Source of the DNA: a virus
Virus record (IMG/VR): IMGVR_UViG_3300035158_000293
Location: 32,001 to 96,000 of that record
Length of the DNA: 64,000 nucleotides
Strand: one strand, 5' to 3'
A model generated the notes under the pieces. The model was given only the letters and a program-made list of their open reading frames with translations, was not told the DNA's origin and ran no database searches. The position numbers were made by a program, and so were the translations under genes. Numbering within the stretch: the stretch's first letter is position 1; each line of letters opens with the position of its first letter. Below, piece after piece: positions 10,213 to 19,713 of the stretch.

Positions 10213-10712
10213 TCAACATGCAGGCCCAGCTCCCGAGCCAGCTTGATCTCCCGCGCCATGCCTTCGGAGACATAACGCCCGTCGACCTCGATGGTTCTAG
10301 TGTCGGTGGGCTCGGTGACGTAGCCGTAGACCCACGCTTGGGGAGGCTTAACGGGGTTTTTTAGTTCACCCGGCGGACACAAACGATACAACCCCAAACA
10401 TTTATCAGTAGCCGGGTTTGCGGAAGCCACCAACCGCAGCATTCTAATCCCGACGCGCATGCCCATCTCCCTTTCCTCGGGGCTGTTGTCGTCGAGGTAG
10501 AGGCCAAACGCGAGCCAATGTGGGGCGATGGGGGCGTGACCGGCCTCTATGACCTCTCGGACGGCATCGCGGAAAATGAGCCTCCGCTCTCTTCTTTTTT
10601 GGGCTTCCCCGGAAATGATCACGCAGGGTAGCTCACAATCGTTCCACGCACTAGCAACGCGCGGTGTGTTATCTCCCGCTGACACCGGGCTGATAATATA
10701 GATGTATCGCAT
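10203..10712 (-). CDS. DUF4406-like protein (family B, copy 2)
   Basis: Clear paralog of 8759-9229. Confidence 0.6.
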   Translation of the reverse strand: MRYIYIISPVSAGDNTPRVASAWNDCELPCVIISGEAQKRRERRLIFRDAVREVIEAGHAPIAPHWLAFGLYLDDNSPEEREMGMRVGIRMLRLVASANPATDKCLGLYRLCPPGELKNPVKPPQAWVYGYVTEPTDTRTIEVDGRYVSEGMAREIKLARELGLHVEWR

Positions 10713-10735
10713 TTAGTCGCCCTCCTCATGTAGTT

Positions 10736-11161
10736 TCATGCGTCCCTCTCAGCTTCGTCTCGACAATCCAAAAAGCCACCGTCCGCTTCCACGCCTGTAA
10801 ACTCATAAATCGCATACAGGCTGGAGGGACCGTCCGGTCCCATCACCCGCCCACCATCCTCACCGCGACGCATTACGGACATTTGGCCGCTATCGGCCTG
10901 CACGAATAGCCAAAGATTTTTAGGCCATGAGCGTCGCAACCTCTCCAACGCCCTGATCACCTTTGCCTCTTCCGTAGACAAATCAGACTTCGGAATTAGG
11001 AGCATCGTCGCCCTCCTTCTTCGGTTGTGGAACCGTTCGATAACAGGAACACACACCCTCCGCAACGCACGCAAGACATCTCCTCTGCCCCTCTGCGCAC
11101 TCCCAGCGGTATACAGGCACGCATTTAGAAATATCGGTGTAGCATCCCATGAGGGCGTCAA
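10736..11161 (-). CDS. Hypothetical protein
   Basis: ORF in operon; true start probably MLLIPK after GGAGGG. Confidence 0.45.
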   Translation of the reverse strand: MTPSWDATPIFLNACLYTAGSAQRGRGDVLRALRRVCVPVIERFHNRRRRATMLLIPKSDLSTEEAKVIRALERLRRSWPKNLWLFVQADSGQMSVMRRGEDGGRVMGPDGPSSLYAIYEFTGVEADGGFLDCRDEAERDA

Positions 11162-11270
11162 TACCGCACGCGCACCCGGCCTCTTTATGCGCCAGCCCGT
11201 CGAATCCGTTCTCGCGCAGGTACTTCTTGACGATGTCTTTCACCGTAATGTCAGCGTTCATCTTGTTCAC
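10983..11270 (-). CDS. Cys-rich protein (NGxDGL family)
   Basis: YLRENGFDGL...CACG. Confidence 0.6.
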   Translation of the reverse strand: MNKMNADITVKDIVKKYLRENGFDGLAHKEAGCACGIDALMGCYTDISKCVPVYRWECAEGQRRCLACVAEGVCSCYRTVPQPKKEGDDAPNSEV

Positions 11271-12480
11271 CCTCCTTCGGGACGGGTTTGTAACGGACTA
11301 CGTCCTTTCTAAAGACACGGTACGTGAAAATATCAGCTTCTCCCGGCTTGCGATAACACCCATTCAGGGATTTCGCGTCGAGGTCATCGTCAAAGTAGGC
11401 CCGGATAACCCGCCCGTCGGTCAACTCAAAATCGACCCTCTCTTCTTCCTCGACGTCCTCCGGCCAGCCCTCGACCCAACCGTCAGCGTCGGCATCGCTG
11501 GTGTCGCCCTCCTTCTTCGAAACGAACTTATGGCGAACGACATCTTCCTCGTAGATGACCGGGCTGAAGGCTTTCATGTTGCTATATGGCCGACAATAGT
11601 AGCCACTTGTTGTCGGTACTGCATCGAGGGCTCCATCGTCTTCGTCTTCGTCTTCGTCTTCGGCAATAATGGTACACCGAAGAACTTGTCCGTTGGTTAG
11701 CTCAAAGTCGAAGGTAGCACCCTCTTCGATCTCTATCGGATAGCCTTCGACCCAGCCGCCCGTGTCGTCCTCGCTGGTGTCGGGTGTCGCGATGGGCCGG
11801 TAACGGACTACATCGCCTTGGTAAATGCCAGACCAATGGTTTCCCTCCTGATCGGGGCGCTGATAGCGTTTTGTCGCGTATGTGTATCCGTCCCGAGTTT
11901 GGCACCCTCGAATGATCTGCCCATCGGTCAACTCGAACTCATACCAATCTCTCTCGTCGCGCCAGTCCACCTTTTCAGGGCGTGCCGGGTATCCCTCGAC
12001 CCATCCGTCGTCCTCGCTGGTGTCGGGCATCGTGATGCCTCGGTAACGGTTTACGTCGGGCTCAAGAAAACTCCCGTCTATTATGCCATCATCTTGGACG
12101 GCTACTGGCCGGACACCGACATCGCCATCGTCCTCGGTGTCATCGGGTGTGTTGGCTTCATCTCCACCAAAGCCACATCTTTCGGTAGTCCCGACAGCGC
12201 ACCCGGCCAGTTCTTGGCAAGTGAACCTACGCACAACACCAGCCTTAACCACCACGCATCCGAAAAACCTGCTTAAAGGCTGAACGAAGTGTGCCTGATC
12301 GCGCATTTCGCGCACGCTTGCCAAGCCTTCGTATGGCCGGTAAACCACACACAGACCGTCACTTTCGTCAAGGCAGATTGCTACAATTTGGTAAACCCCT
12401 CCTTTGTAATGCACCATGACCCTATTCTGATACGTCTTGTGGAGCTTGTCGGCCACTTTGTAAGCTGATTCATCGCTCAT
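11251..12480 (-). CDS. DUF1653-like N-terminus plus three repeats of a ~70-aa 'GWVEGYP' domain
   Basis: HYKGGVYQIV...VVYRP...FVQPLSRF; 3x GWVEG(Y/W)P...FELT(D/N)G...DVVR(Y/H). Confidence 0.75.
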   Translation of the reverse strand: MSDESAYKVADKLHKTYQNRVMVHYKGGVYQIVAICLDESDGLCVVYRPYEGLASVREMRDQAHFVQPLSRFFGCVVVKAGVVRRFTCQELAGCAVGTTERCGFGGDEANTPDDTEDDGDVGVRPVAVQDDGIIDGSFLEPDVNRYRGITMPDTSEDDGWVEGYPARPEKVDWRDERDWYEFELTDGQIIRGCQTRDGYTYATKRYQRPDQEGNHWSGIYQGDVVRYRPIATPDTSEDDTGGWVEGYPIEIEEGATFDFELTNGQVLRCTIIAEDEDEDEDDGALDAVPTTSGYYCRPYSNMKAFSPVIYEEDVVRHKFVSKKEGDTSDADADGWVEGWPEDVEEEERVDFELTDGRVIRAYFDDDLDAKSLNGCYRKPGEADIFTYRVFRKDVVRYKPVPKEGEQDER

Positions 12481-12697
12481 GGTGTTTCTCCTTTACCTTC
12501 TTACTGTACTTTTTTGAGGGTCGGGGGTGTATCACACAGAACTCAACACATGCGATGTCCAGAACTTCACTACTAGGCGACGTGCAACACCCCTCGCCGG
12601 TGCGTTCATGTCGCATGAACATAGGGCAGGCTTCACAGCCCAACTTTCGGATGCGCCACTCAGGTAAAACCTTCATGTATGGCAGGTCTTGTAACAT
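12470..12697 (-). CDS. Small Cys-rich hypothetical protein
   Basis: RBS and operon packing. Confidence 0.45.
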   Translation of the reverse strand: MLQDLPYMKVLPEWRIRKLGCEACPMFMRHERTGEGCCTSPSSEVLDIACVEFCVIHPRPSKKYSKKVKEKHHER

Positions 12698-12711
12698 CCT
12701 TAGTCCTCTTG

Positions 12712-13164
12712 CTATTCTATGTATATCGTTGGCTCTTTACAGTTTTCGAGCGCCCACCTTGCCCACCACCGCAACCAGTCGAGCCTAGCCTGATTGAATT
12801 TGTCTGTGGCTTTTGCCTCCTCGATACTACTAAGCAGTTCCTCGGTGATAATCACGCACTTGTCACCTCCATCGCACTCCAGAACCTCGATCCCGATGTC
12901 TCTGATAAAATTACCCCATGCGGGATACGATGGGTATATCTCATTGCTGTAGGTAGGCTCACAATTGAGGGGGTCGTGCTGCGAATGGGGAAACGCAGGG
13001 TGCTTCGTCGTGTCCATAGGGCAGGACGGGTCCAGCGTTCGCCCATCTTCTATGCGTTGAGCATGCCCCCAGCAAAGGCGTTGCTTGAAAACGGTATCTC
13101 CATCTCCTATAAGATCAGTGTCCTTCACGATTTCGTATTCTCCGACGGTTATTCTTGTTCCCAT
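12712..13164 (-). CDS. Hypothetical phage protein
   Basis: AGGAGG RBS; ARLDWLRWWARWAL C-terminal motif. Confidence 0.6.
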   Translation of the reverse strand: MGTRITVGEYEIVKDTDLIGDGDTVFKQRLCWGHAQRIEDGRTLDPSCPMDTTKHPAFPHSQHDPLNCEPTYSNEIYPSYPAWGNFIRDIGIEVLECDGGDKCVIITEELLSSIEEAKATDKFNQARLDWLRWWARWALENCKEPTIYIE

Positions 13165-13483
13165 CTTAGTCCTCCTGTTCAGCCACCCGGTTGGAGGGTA
13201 GCACGTTCTGTTGCCCCTAAATCGATCTGACCCAGTACCTGATCCCGGTCTGTTTTTTCCAACACTTCTCGCAGATTCGAGGTTTACACACAACCTTGGA
13301 AGTATCTGTTTCCTCCACTACTACGGTGAGGTGTGACTTAGGGGGGCTATCCGTTTGCTGGGCCTCCCCGCACATTTCACACACCCACAGATAATAGGTG
13401 CGTTTTGTTTGGCCCTTGCCCTTCTGCTCGGTACCCATTTGCCCTCTCGCGTTCACTTGACACAACGTCAAAAACTGGTGTAG

Positions 13484-13954
13484 TCAATCGTCCTCACGAT
13501 TTCGATACACACGCAAAAGCTCCTCGCACACCGCTTCGCCGAGCACTTTGCACGCATCGGGAAAGCGGCGCATCAACTCGATAGGTACATCGTCAAGACA
13601 GTCTTGGCCCGTGAGAAGGCCAAAAAGCACACGAGCACCGTCTTTCGAGGCACTCCACCCGATGATTCCGATGCCTTCGTCGAGGGTGCCGTCCGTGTAG
13701 ACGCTGACTGTGGCATAGGTGGCCGTATCACCATAATCGGGAAAGGTACCTGACACCTCGACATCGCCGGTGATCCGCTTCCCATCGAGTTCGGAAAACT
13801 CGATGCTGTCCTTGTTTACGTCTACCCCGAGGTTTTCAATTAACATTTCGACGTGCATGTTGTTCTCCTTATGTGTTGGCACTCGTAGTAGGCCGGTGCC
13901 TTTTAATCTTCCTCTCGCGCAATCAACCACTCGCGAAGGCGTTGCTTCTGCCAC
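13484..13954 (-). CDS. Hypothetical acidic protein
   Basis: True start probably MHVEML after AAGGAG. Confidence 0.5.
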   Translation of the reverse strand: MAEATPSRVVDCARGRLKGTGLLRVPTHKENNMHVEMLIENLGVDVNKDSIEFSELDGKRITGDVEVSGTFPDYGDTATYATVSVYTDGTLDEGIGIIGWSASKDGARVLFGLLTGQDCLDDVPIELMRRFPDACKVLGEAVCEELLRVYRNREDD

Positions 13955-14469
13955 TCGAGTTCGGACTCGATTTCGGCTTCCTTAACAGCCTCTAAAGCAG
14001 CAAGAGAAGCGTGATACACGCAACTGGCTGTAGCGCGTGCCGTAACGATATTTGTCGTATCATCCCGGCACTCCACGAGAGCATCTGCGGCGTGCCGGGC
14101 AGCTACGCATACAGAGCCTTCTCCCTCTTTTGTATCAATGTTGTTGAGGGCATTTTGCGCTCGCGTGGCAGCAAAGTGAGCCTCGAAGCGGTCCTCCCCC
14201 CGTGCCGCCGCTACTGCCTCGTGAGGGGTGTTGTCATAGGGCCACAGGTGCAACACCCGCTCTGCGTAGTCGGCGGCCAAACCGGGCAGGTGCGCGACGC
14301 CGATTTTGAGATTGCCTATTAATCGCAGGGCTTCTGCCATCTGCAAGTCCGCCAACGACCGCAGAGCGATCCGGGTGCGTCCTGCAAGAAACTCGTCTAC
14401 AAGCTTCCTGACAAAATACCAGTACCCCTTGACTCCTGCCATCAACTGTTCTCGTGTGACGTACTTCAT
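13903..14469 (-). CDS. Family A protein with Imm5-like helical part
   Basis: FLAGRTRIALRSL...AADYAERVLHLW...PHEAVAAAR...EWQKQRLREWL. Confidence 0.7.
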   Translation of the reverse strand: MKYVTREQLMAGVKGYWYFVRKLVDEFLAGRTRIALRSLADLQMAEALRLIGNLKIGVAHLPGLAADYAERVLHLWPYDNTPHEAVAAARGEDRFEAHFAATRAQNALNNIDTKEGEGSVCVAARHAADALVECRDDTTNIVTARATASCVYHASLAALEAVKEAEIESELEWQKQRLREWLIAREED

Positions 14470-14798
14470 TTGTCCTCCAATGCGGGCGCAGTAAAATGCT
14501 TGTCGTAACGCAACGGCTTGTAAAAGTAAACCTTGTCTGCGTCATAAGGCTCCAAACCACGCGGGGTCGCCGCAAACCACCCTTCCTGTAGTTTGTGGAT
14601 TGTTACGAGCGTCCGCACACCCTGTGACTCTTTAAGGACAAGACACGCCTGATGTGAGGGGTTTGGGTTTAGGGGCAAGCGGTCTATAATCCAGCTTCCG
14701 CCCAAAACATAGAGCAGCTTCTCTAGCGGCAACTCAAATTCACTACACATCGCCTTTCTTCTCCTCAACAAGACGCTCGATAAGGCGGTGGCGGACAA
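14466..14798 (-). CDS. Hypothetical protein
   Basis: Overlapping start/stop packing; start uncertain. Confidence 0.45.
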   Translation of the reverse strand: MSATALSSVLLRRRKAMCSEFELPLEKLLYVLGGSWIIDRLPLNPNPSHQACLVLKESQGVRTLVTIHKLQEGWFAATPRGLEPYDADKVYFYKPLRYDKHFTAPALEDK

Positions 14799-15018
14799 TG
14801 TCGACCACGCACACCTGCTTATAAAATATGCTGGATACTGCGCAACTCATGGAGATGCTATATCTGTCGTCTAAATCAAGCTCTCCCTGCTCGTTTGTAG
14901 TAACTGTAACGAGGAGCCCGTTGCGCAAATTACATTCAAATCGATCCCCCGGCTGTCTTTTCTTGGGGTAGCCTTCAATCCACCTATTCGGGTCGGTGTT
15001 GGGCGTGTTGCTGTTCAT
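14743..15018 (-). CDS. Stand-alone 'WxEGYP' domain protein
   Basis: RWIEGYP...FECNLRNG...DIVRHR. Confidence 0.6.
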   Translation of the reverse strand: MNSNTPNTDPNRWIEGYPKKRQPGDRFECNLRNGLLVTVTTNEQGELDLDDRYSISMSCAVSSIFYKQVCVVDIVRHRLIERLVEEKKGDV

Positions 15019-15030
15019 GTGTCTCTCCTA

Positions 15031-15327
15031 CTAGTCTGGTACACCGAAGGGTTCTAGGTCTTCAATTTGCACGGAACAAAATCCGCAATCGGGAACGTGG
15101 ATACGCACATTCCCCTCTTCGTGAATATCAGGACCGCACACTTTCACTATCCTTCTCTGATACTCTTGCAAACACTTTGGGGGGTTCTTTGATTTCAATA
15201 CTGCGTAACCGGACGGATACGCTTCTCGTATTGCTTTCCCGGCTTCCTCCATCCACGCATTTCGCGCTTCAGACGACATGCGGTATATCACGTCGAACGG
15301 TGTGTTGACTGCCTCTTCAAGTGTCAC
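15031..15327 (-). CDS. Hypothetical protein
   Basis: AGGAGG RBS, GTG start. Confidence 0.5.
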   Translation of the reverse strand: MTLEEAVNTPFDVIYRMSSEARNAWMEEAGKAIREAYPSGYAVLKSKNPPKCLQEYQRRIVKVCGPDIHEEGNVRIHVPDCGFCSVQIEDLEPFGVPD

Positions 15328-15355
15328 GACTTACCCTCCTTGTGCCCTGTTTTGA

Positions 15356-15436
15356 CTACTTTCTCCACTCAACATCCAATCCCCACTTTTTTGCCAGTTC
15401 AATCTCCTGCGCCATACCTTCGGAGACGTACTTCAT
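15356..15436 (-). pseudogene. 26-aa remnant of a family B gene
   Basis: MKYVSEGMAQEIELAKKWGLDVEWRK matches the C-terminus of 10203-10712 (RYVSEGMAREIKLARELGLHVEWR). Confidence 0.65.
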
Positions 15437-16086
15437 TTGTCCGTCTCCCTCTCAATCAACCACTCGCGAAGGTGTTGCTTCTGCCACTCACGCTCTTTGC
15501 CTAGATCGCTGGCGTCGGTATTGGCGTCTAAATCGTAGGCACAGATGGCAGCCTCGGCAGCATTGGCAGTATCAAGAGCAGCCCCAAGATCAAGAGCAGC
15601 CCCAAGAAACGGGGTATCTGATGAATAAACAGTCTCGGCAACTTTAAGTGCATGGTCAACCGCCAAAGCAACACGCCAGATAGCCCTCGCACGTAGAGAG
15701 GTGGGATCGACGGCAAAATAGGATACATGATCACCATAGGAATAGGAAAAATAGGTAAGCGGCGCAGGCTCCTCGAGATAAGCTGAATAGGCTACATATG
15801 CGGCCTTCCCTTCCCGTATCACCGCAATTGCCTTATGAGGGCTCCTATCTTTGGGGAATCTCGTCTTCCAAAGATACAACACGCGCTCCGCAAAGTCTGC
15901 GGCCAGCGTAGGCAGGTGTTCGATCCCAATCCCGAATTTCCCAATTAACCACATAACGTCTCGCATAGGCAGGTCTACCAACGAACGCAAAGCAACCCTT
16001 GTACGCCCTGCGAGAAACTTGTCAATTCGCTCATGGTCAGAAAGGCTCATATGGGGCATGATTTGTGCTCGTGTGATATATTTCAC
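15433..16086 (-). CDS. Family A protein with Imm5-like helical part
   Basis: FLAGRTRVALRSL...AADFAERVL...PKDRSPHKAI...EWQKQHLREWL. Confidence 0.7.
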   Translation of the reverse strand: MKYITRAQIMPHMSLSDHERIDKFLAGRTRVALRSLVDLPMRDVMWLIGKFGIGIEHLPTLAADFAERVLYLWKTRFPKDRSPHKAIAVIREGKAAYVAYSAYLEEPAPLTYFSYSYGDHVSYFAVDPTSLRARAIWRVALAVDHALKVAETVYSSDTPFLGAALDLGAALDTANAAEAAICAYDLDANTDASDLGKEREWQKQHLREWLIERETDK

Positions 16087-16331
16087 TAGTCTCCCTCCTT
16101 AACTTCCCGCCACCGGACAATCGTTTTCGCTGGAAGCCAACCCTCTTTCCCGAAAACGAAATAGCGACGTGGGGTATCTACAGAGACCCATACAAGAGGC
16201 ATCCAGTTACCTGCACGTCTCTCTAAAAAACAAGACTTAACCACGACACGCTCGCCGGTTTCGGTTTCTACTTCTATCAGGTCTTTGCGGCCCAATGGGG
16301 GCACTTCATACCATTCTGACTGATTACTCAT
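16086..16331 (-). CDS. Hypothetical protein
   Basis: GGAGG RBS; overlap packing. Confidence 0.5.
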   Translation of the reverse strand: MSNQSEWYEVPPLGRKDLIEVETETGERVVVKSCFLERRAGNWMPLVWVSVDTPRRYFVFGKEGWLPAKTIVRWREVKEGD

Positions 16332-16777
16332 GGTTGCCCTCCTTCGGATACTGCATCCACTCTCTGCCGTCGAGCGTCTGATTTCACAAAGCGCCCGGTT
16401 TTAGGATCGCGCTTGCGTTGTCTGTTGTGTAAGCGGTTGTGTTCGGAAATAGTCATTAGTTTAAGGTTGGATAATCGGTTGTCGCTCCTGTCTCCATTTA
16501 TGTGGTGTATTACGTGTCCTTTGGGCAGAACATTCCCGGCTGACAACCAAACAAGTATGTGCTCTCTGACATATCCGTTTGAATCGCCTATGGGGTGTGA
16601 CGCCCCGACACGAATAAGCACATACCCCATTTGGTCGCGCAATCTACCAGAGTTCCATCGGTAGTGTTTTGAGCCTTTGGGTTTTGGACTTTTACCCCTT
16701 CCGTCCGGTAAATCTTTTACCTCACAACCCAAAGCCTTTGCTTGTTTAGCACGCCTATGTTTAGTAGATTTGCTCAC
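16328..16777 (-). CDS. HNH (homing-type) endonuclease
   Basis: GYVREHILV...IHHINGDRSDNRLSNL...EHNRLH. Confidence 0.85.
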   Translation of the reverse strand: MSKSTKHRRAKQAKALGCEVKDLPDGRGKSPKPKGSKHYRWNSGRLRDQMGYVLIRVGASHPIGDSNGYVREHILVWLSAGNVLPKGHVIHHINGDRSDNRLSNLKLMTISEHNRLHNRQRKRDPKTGRFVKSDARRQRVDAVSEGGQP

Positions 16778-16790
16778 GGGGCCAGACTTT

Positions 16791-17615
16791 CTAGCCACAG
16801 GGAACCTCCTCCCATTTACGCCCGTCGAGTTCGGGCAGCTTGTGCATTTTCCTGTCGACCATGATCTGCTTGAAAAAGAATGGGGTGCTGGACTCGACGC
16901 ATTGATCGCGCACACTACGCACCCAATCGGGGTGCATGGGTCGCGCGTTCGGCCCTGACTCGCCGCCGACGATTACCCAGTCGATGCCGTCAATGTCAAC
17001 CGGGAATTCGGTGCCGCTCCAACATGCGAGACAATCACCACATCCCCCGCAACCTGTTTCGTGGATAGAGAGCCAGCGGCGCATATCCACCGGCCCCAAC
17101 ATCGGCTCAATACTGAGAAACCGCACCGCCGCCGGTGTCTGAATCAGGTAGCGAGCCCTCTTGTCGAAGGTACCCTGATTTTCAGCGGTTGCACCCAACC
17201 AAACATTGGGGAGTGGGGATTTGCCCAACCTCCTGAAAAACCGCAACATCCGATCAGCACGTTTCGTGAGTATCTGGTAGATGTGCTGTGGTGTTTTTGA
17301 CGCAACGTCAAGAATCCGCGTTATCCACGCATCGGGAACCCGAGGGTGAAAGAGATCGCCCATCGACGAAACAAATACCCGACGGGGTTTCGTCCATCGG
17401 AGTGGTTTCTCAAGCTGGGATTCCACAAAAGTCGTTTTTCCGTTCCAACGACCGTCCGTTATAACCTCAGAATACTGGGGTGTATTGGGGTTCACGGACA
17501 AACGCTTACCGTCCCGCTCCGCGTAACAATTCTCGCACCCCTCAGAAACCTTACTACACCCTATAACCACATTCCAAGTGGCGTCCGTCCACTCAATGCG
17601 CGATTTGTCTGCCAT
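16791..17615 (-). CDS. Phage Gp37/Gp68 family protein (DUF5131)
   Basis: IEWTDATWN..GCSKVSEGCENCYAE; FVSSMGDLFH; LTKR; WVIVGGESG; PFFFKQ. Confidence 0.92.
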   Translation of the reverse strand: MADKSRIEWTDATWNVVIGCSKVSEGCENCYAERDGKRLSVNPNTPQYSEVITDGRWNGKTTFVESQLEKPLRWTKPRRVFVSSMGDLFHPRVPDAWITRILDVASKTPQHIYQILTKRADRMLRFFRRLGKSPLPNVWLGATAENQGTFDKRARYLIQTPAAVRFLSIEPMLGPVDMRRWLSIHETGCGGCGDCLACWSGTEFPVDIDGIDWVIVGGESGPNARPMHPDWVRSVRDQCVESSTPFFFKQIMVDRKMHKLPELDGRKWEEVPCG

Positions 17616-17709
17616 ACAACAGCCCCCTGCTCGTTCGGTTTGGTTGGCGTCTTGCGAGCACTACAACGGTCACTTGCCGCCCCCGCGCTCGCAAAACGGG
17701 CACAACCAG

Positions 17710-18624
17710 TCAACACCCGCTGGTTGTCTTCTCTATGATTACCCGGTGCCGGACGACATCGGCCTTGTACAAGTAGTAATCCTCGGGGAGACCTTTAGAA
17801 TTAGGTCGGCGGTATGGGCGGTCTGCAAGCACGCCTACACACGTTTGAACACCCTTAATGAGCCGCCCGTCAAGCAACTCACACTCAAGATGGACTCCCA
17901 ATTGGTGACGCGACAACCCATCTATCCAATCGGTGTACGTTTTGCCCTCCGCAAGCAGGGCTGCCAGTTTTTTGATGGCTAGCCGGTAAGCTTTGTGGCG
18001 CACGCGGTCGCTGTCGTACTCCTCCGTCACGGTGCGGCCCGTAGGTAGATGGATTGCACTGAGGCGACCTCCGGGGAGACAGTTTTCTGTGAAAGGCGTC
18101 TCGTGTCGGTAATCGGTGATGTACAAGTCAAGAGGGTCAATCGGTATCGCGGCCTCTTCCTTGGTCCAATCCCGCGCCAACCAAGCATCCCAATACGCCT
18201 TGTCCGCCTGCGCCTTTTTCCCTTTCGGCTCCACCGCCCACCAATAACCCTCATACGGGTCCACCTCGCCTCCCCAATACTCGGAGTAGTGGTCGGGGTC
18301 TTTACGCACCAGATTCGCACGATGCGAAATGTGGAGGCGCGGATCGCCCAACCAAATCGGAGGAGACGTTAATGGTGGCTTCGCATCTGTACACCACTCT
18401 TCTCTGCGCCGACTACCCTCGCAAAGGCAACAAGCCTTGTAAAAGTCCAACCAATCCTCATGCCCCCGCCACATCCTCACAATCGGATGCTGCCCCCACG
18501 GACCCTCTGGATTGGCGCAAGCTTCTCGAATTTGGTCACATTCCTTAACCTGATTCCGCAAACGCTTGTCATCGAGTACACGGGCGCACCTTGCGAAATC
18601 GCTATACGGTAGAAACGTCTGCAT
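17710..18624 (-). CDS. Pyrimidine-dimer DNA glycosylase-like (MSMEG_6728/DenV family) protein with two extra C-terminal domains
   Basis: MQTFLPY...LDDKRL.NQ..E; HP...MWRG; PIWLG...HISHRANLVRKDP.HY. Confidence 0.8.
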   Translation of the reverse strand: MQTFLPYSDFARCARVLDDKRLRNQVKECDQIREACANPEGPWGQHPIVRMWRGHEDWLDFYKACCLCEGSRRREEWCTDAKPPLTSPPIWLGDPRLHISHRANLVRKDPDHYSEYWGGEVDPYEGYWWAVEPKGKKAQADKAYWDAWLARDWTKEEAAIPIDPLDLYITDYRHETPFTENCLPGGRLSAIHLPTGRTVTEEYDSDRVRHKAYRLAIKKLAALLAEGKTYTDWIDGLSRHQLGVHLECELLDGRLIKGVQTCVGVLADRPYRRPNSKGLPEDYYLYKADVVRHRVIIEKTTSGC

Positions 18625-19007
18625 TCGTTGCCCCTTCCTTGCGGTTCACTCCCCGCCGATCTCTATACGGCGTTTCAGGAGGCACAACCGCACCATGAAT
18701 GATTTAAGTAGCCGAAGAGCCTCTAAATAAGACCTGTTGTGGTGCTCATTTTCGGGGTGCGTGACGTATAGGTCGGCTTGTGCGCATCCTTTAAGGGTGG
18801 CAATAGCCTCTTCCAAAATCTCTATCCGACGTGTTACACGCGCCAATGCAGGCTCTCTCTCGCGTTTGGCCAACGCATCTTGTGCTTGTTTTGTTTCGTT
18901 GTGGAACGCTTCCACACATTCCAGACTACAAAAATTCCGGTACTCGGTGAAACCATCCTTTATGCAAGCCCCGCAATGTACACAGGTTGATTCCATTGCA
19001 CGCCCCT

Positions 19008-19352
19008 TCAACGCCGTCGTTTGCGCCGGTACTTCCTCTGTCCGGCCACTTGTAGTTTGTCCCGGTAAGAGACTGACACCTCGTTCTCTTTGACTTTTTT
19101 GACGCGGAACGGAACGTCGGCTGTGCGGAGTGACCGTATGATCTTTTTGCCAACTTTCCTCCACCCCGCTTCTGTGAACCAGAAGAAGACCTTGTGAGTC
19201 ATCCCGTGCCCCGGCAAACGCAGACCCGCCGCTTGCATTATCTCACCGGGGGCCAAGGCACCCGCTTCACTACACTCCCAATTGACCCACATGGCGTCAC
19301 AGCCATGCCAACTCCTCATGTCCTCGTTATAAACTTCAATCCGCCGGAACAT
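19008..19352 (-). CDS. Hypothetical protein
   Basis: RBS; ORF in operon. Confidence 0.5.
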   Translation of the reverse strand: MFRRIEVYNEDMRSWHGCDAMWVNWECSEAGALAPGEIMQAAGLRLPGHGMTHKVFFWFTEAGWRKVGKKIIRSLRTADVPFRVKKVKENEVSVSYRDKLQVAGQRKYRRKRRR

Positions 19353-19397
19353 CCTCGTGTCCCCCTAATTAGGATGTGATGGCCAGTCCTTCTGGAA

Positions 19398-19631
19398 CTA
19401 CGACCCCATGTACTCGCTGTCGTCTGTCTGCCAGTCGTGTACGGGGCAATTGCTGAAAAGTGTACCGTCTCGGCAGGTGCATTTCAAAGCCTCTGCCTCC
19501 TTTGCTTCCTTCCGACGTAAGTCCCGTTGCGCTTGCGCTGACATGCCGCACTCGGGGCAACTCTGAAAGATCGCGTTGCGGTTTGCCAGCGTCAACCCGT
19601 AGAGGAAACCGCAATTTGAACACTTTGCCAT
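19398..19631 (-). CDS. Small Zn-ribbon protein (family C, copy 2)
   Basis: MAKCSNCG..YG...RNAI.Q.CPECG. Confidence 0.7.
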   Translation of the reverse strand: MAKCSNCGFLYGLTLANRNAIFQSCPECGMSAQAQRDLRRKEAKEAEALKCTCRDGTLFSNCPVHDWQTDDSEYMGS

Positions 19632-19666
19632 GACTGCACCTTTCTGGACAGTTTACGGGAAGCGTG

Positions 19667-19704
19667 AAAAGGGCCGCACCACCCTTTTCAAGAGTGGTGC
19701 GGCT
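19667..19704 (-). terminator. Probable intrinsic terminator
   Basis: GCCGCACCAC/GTGGTGCGGC stem followed by a short T tract on minus. Confidence 0.55.
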
Positions 19705-19713
19705 TGCGTGATG

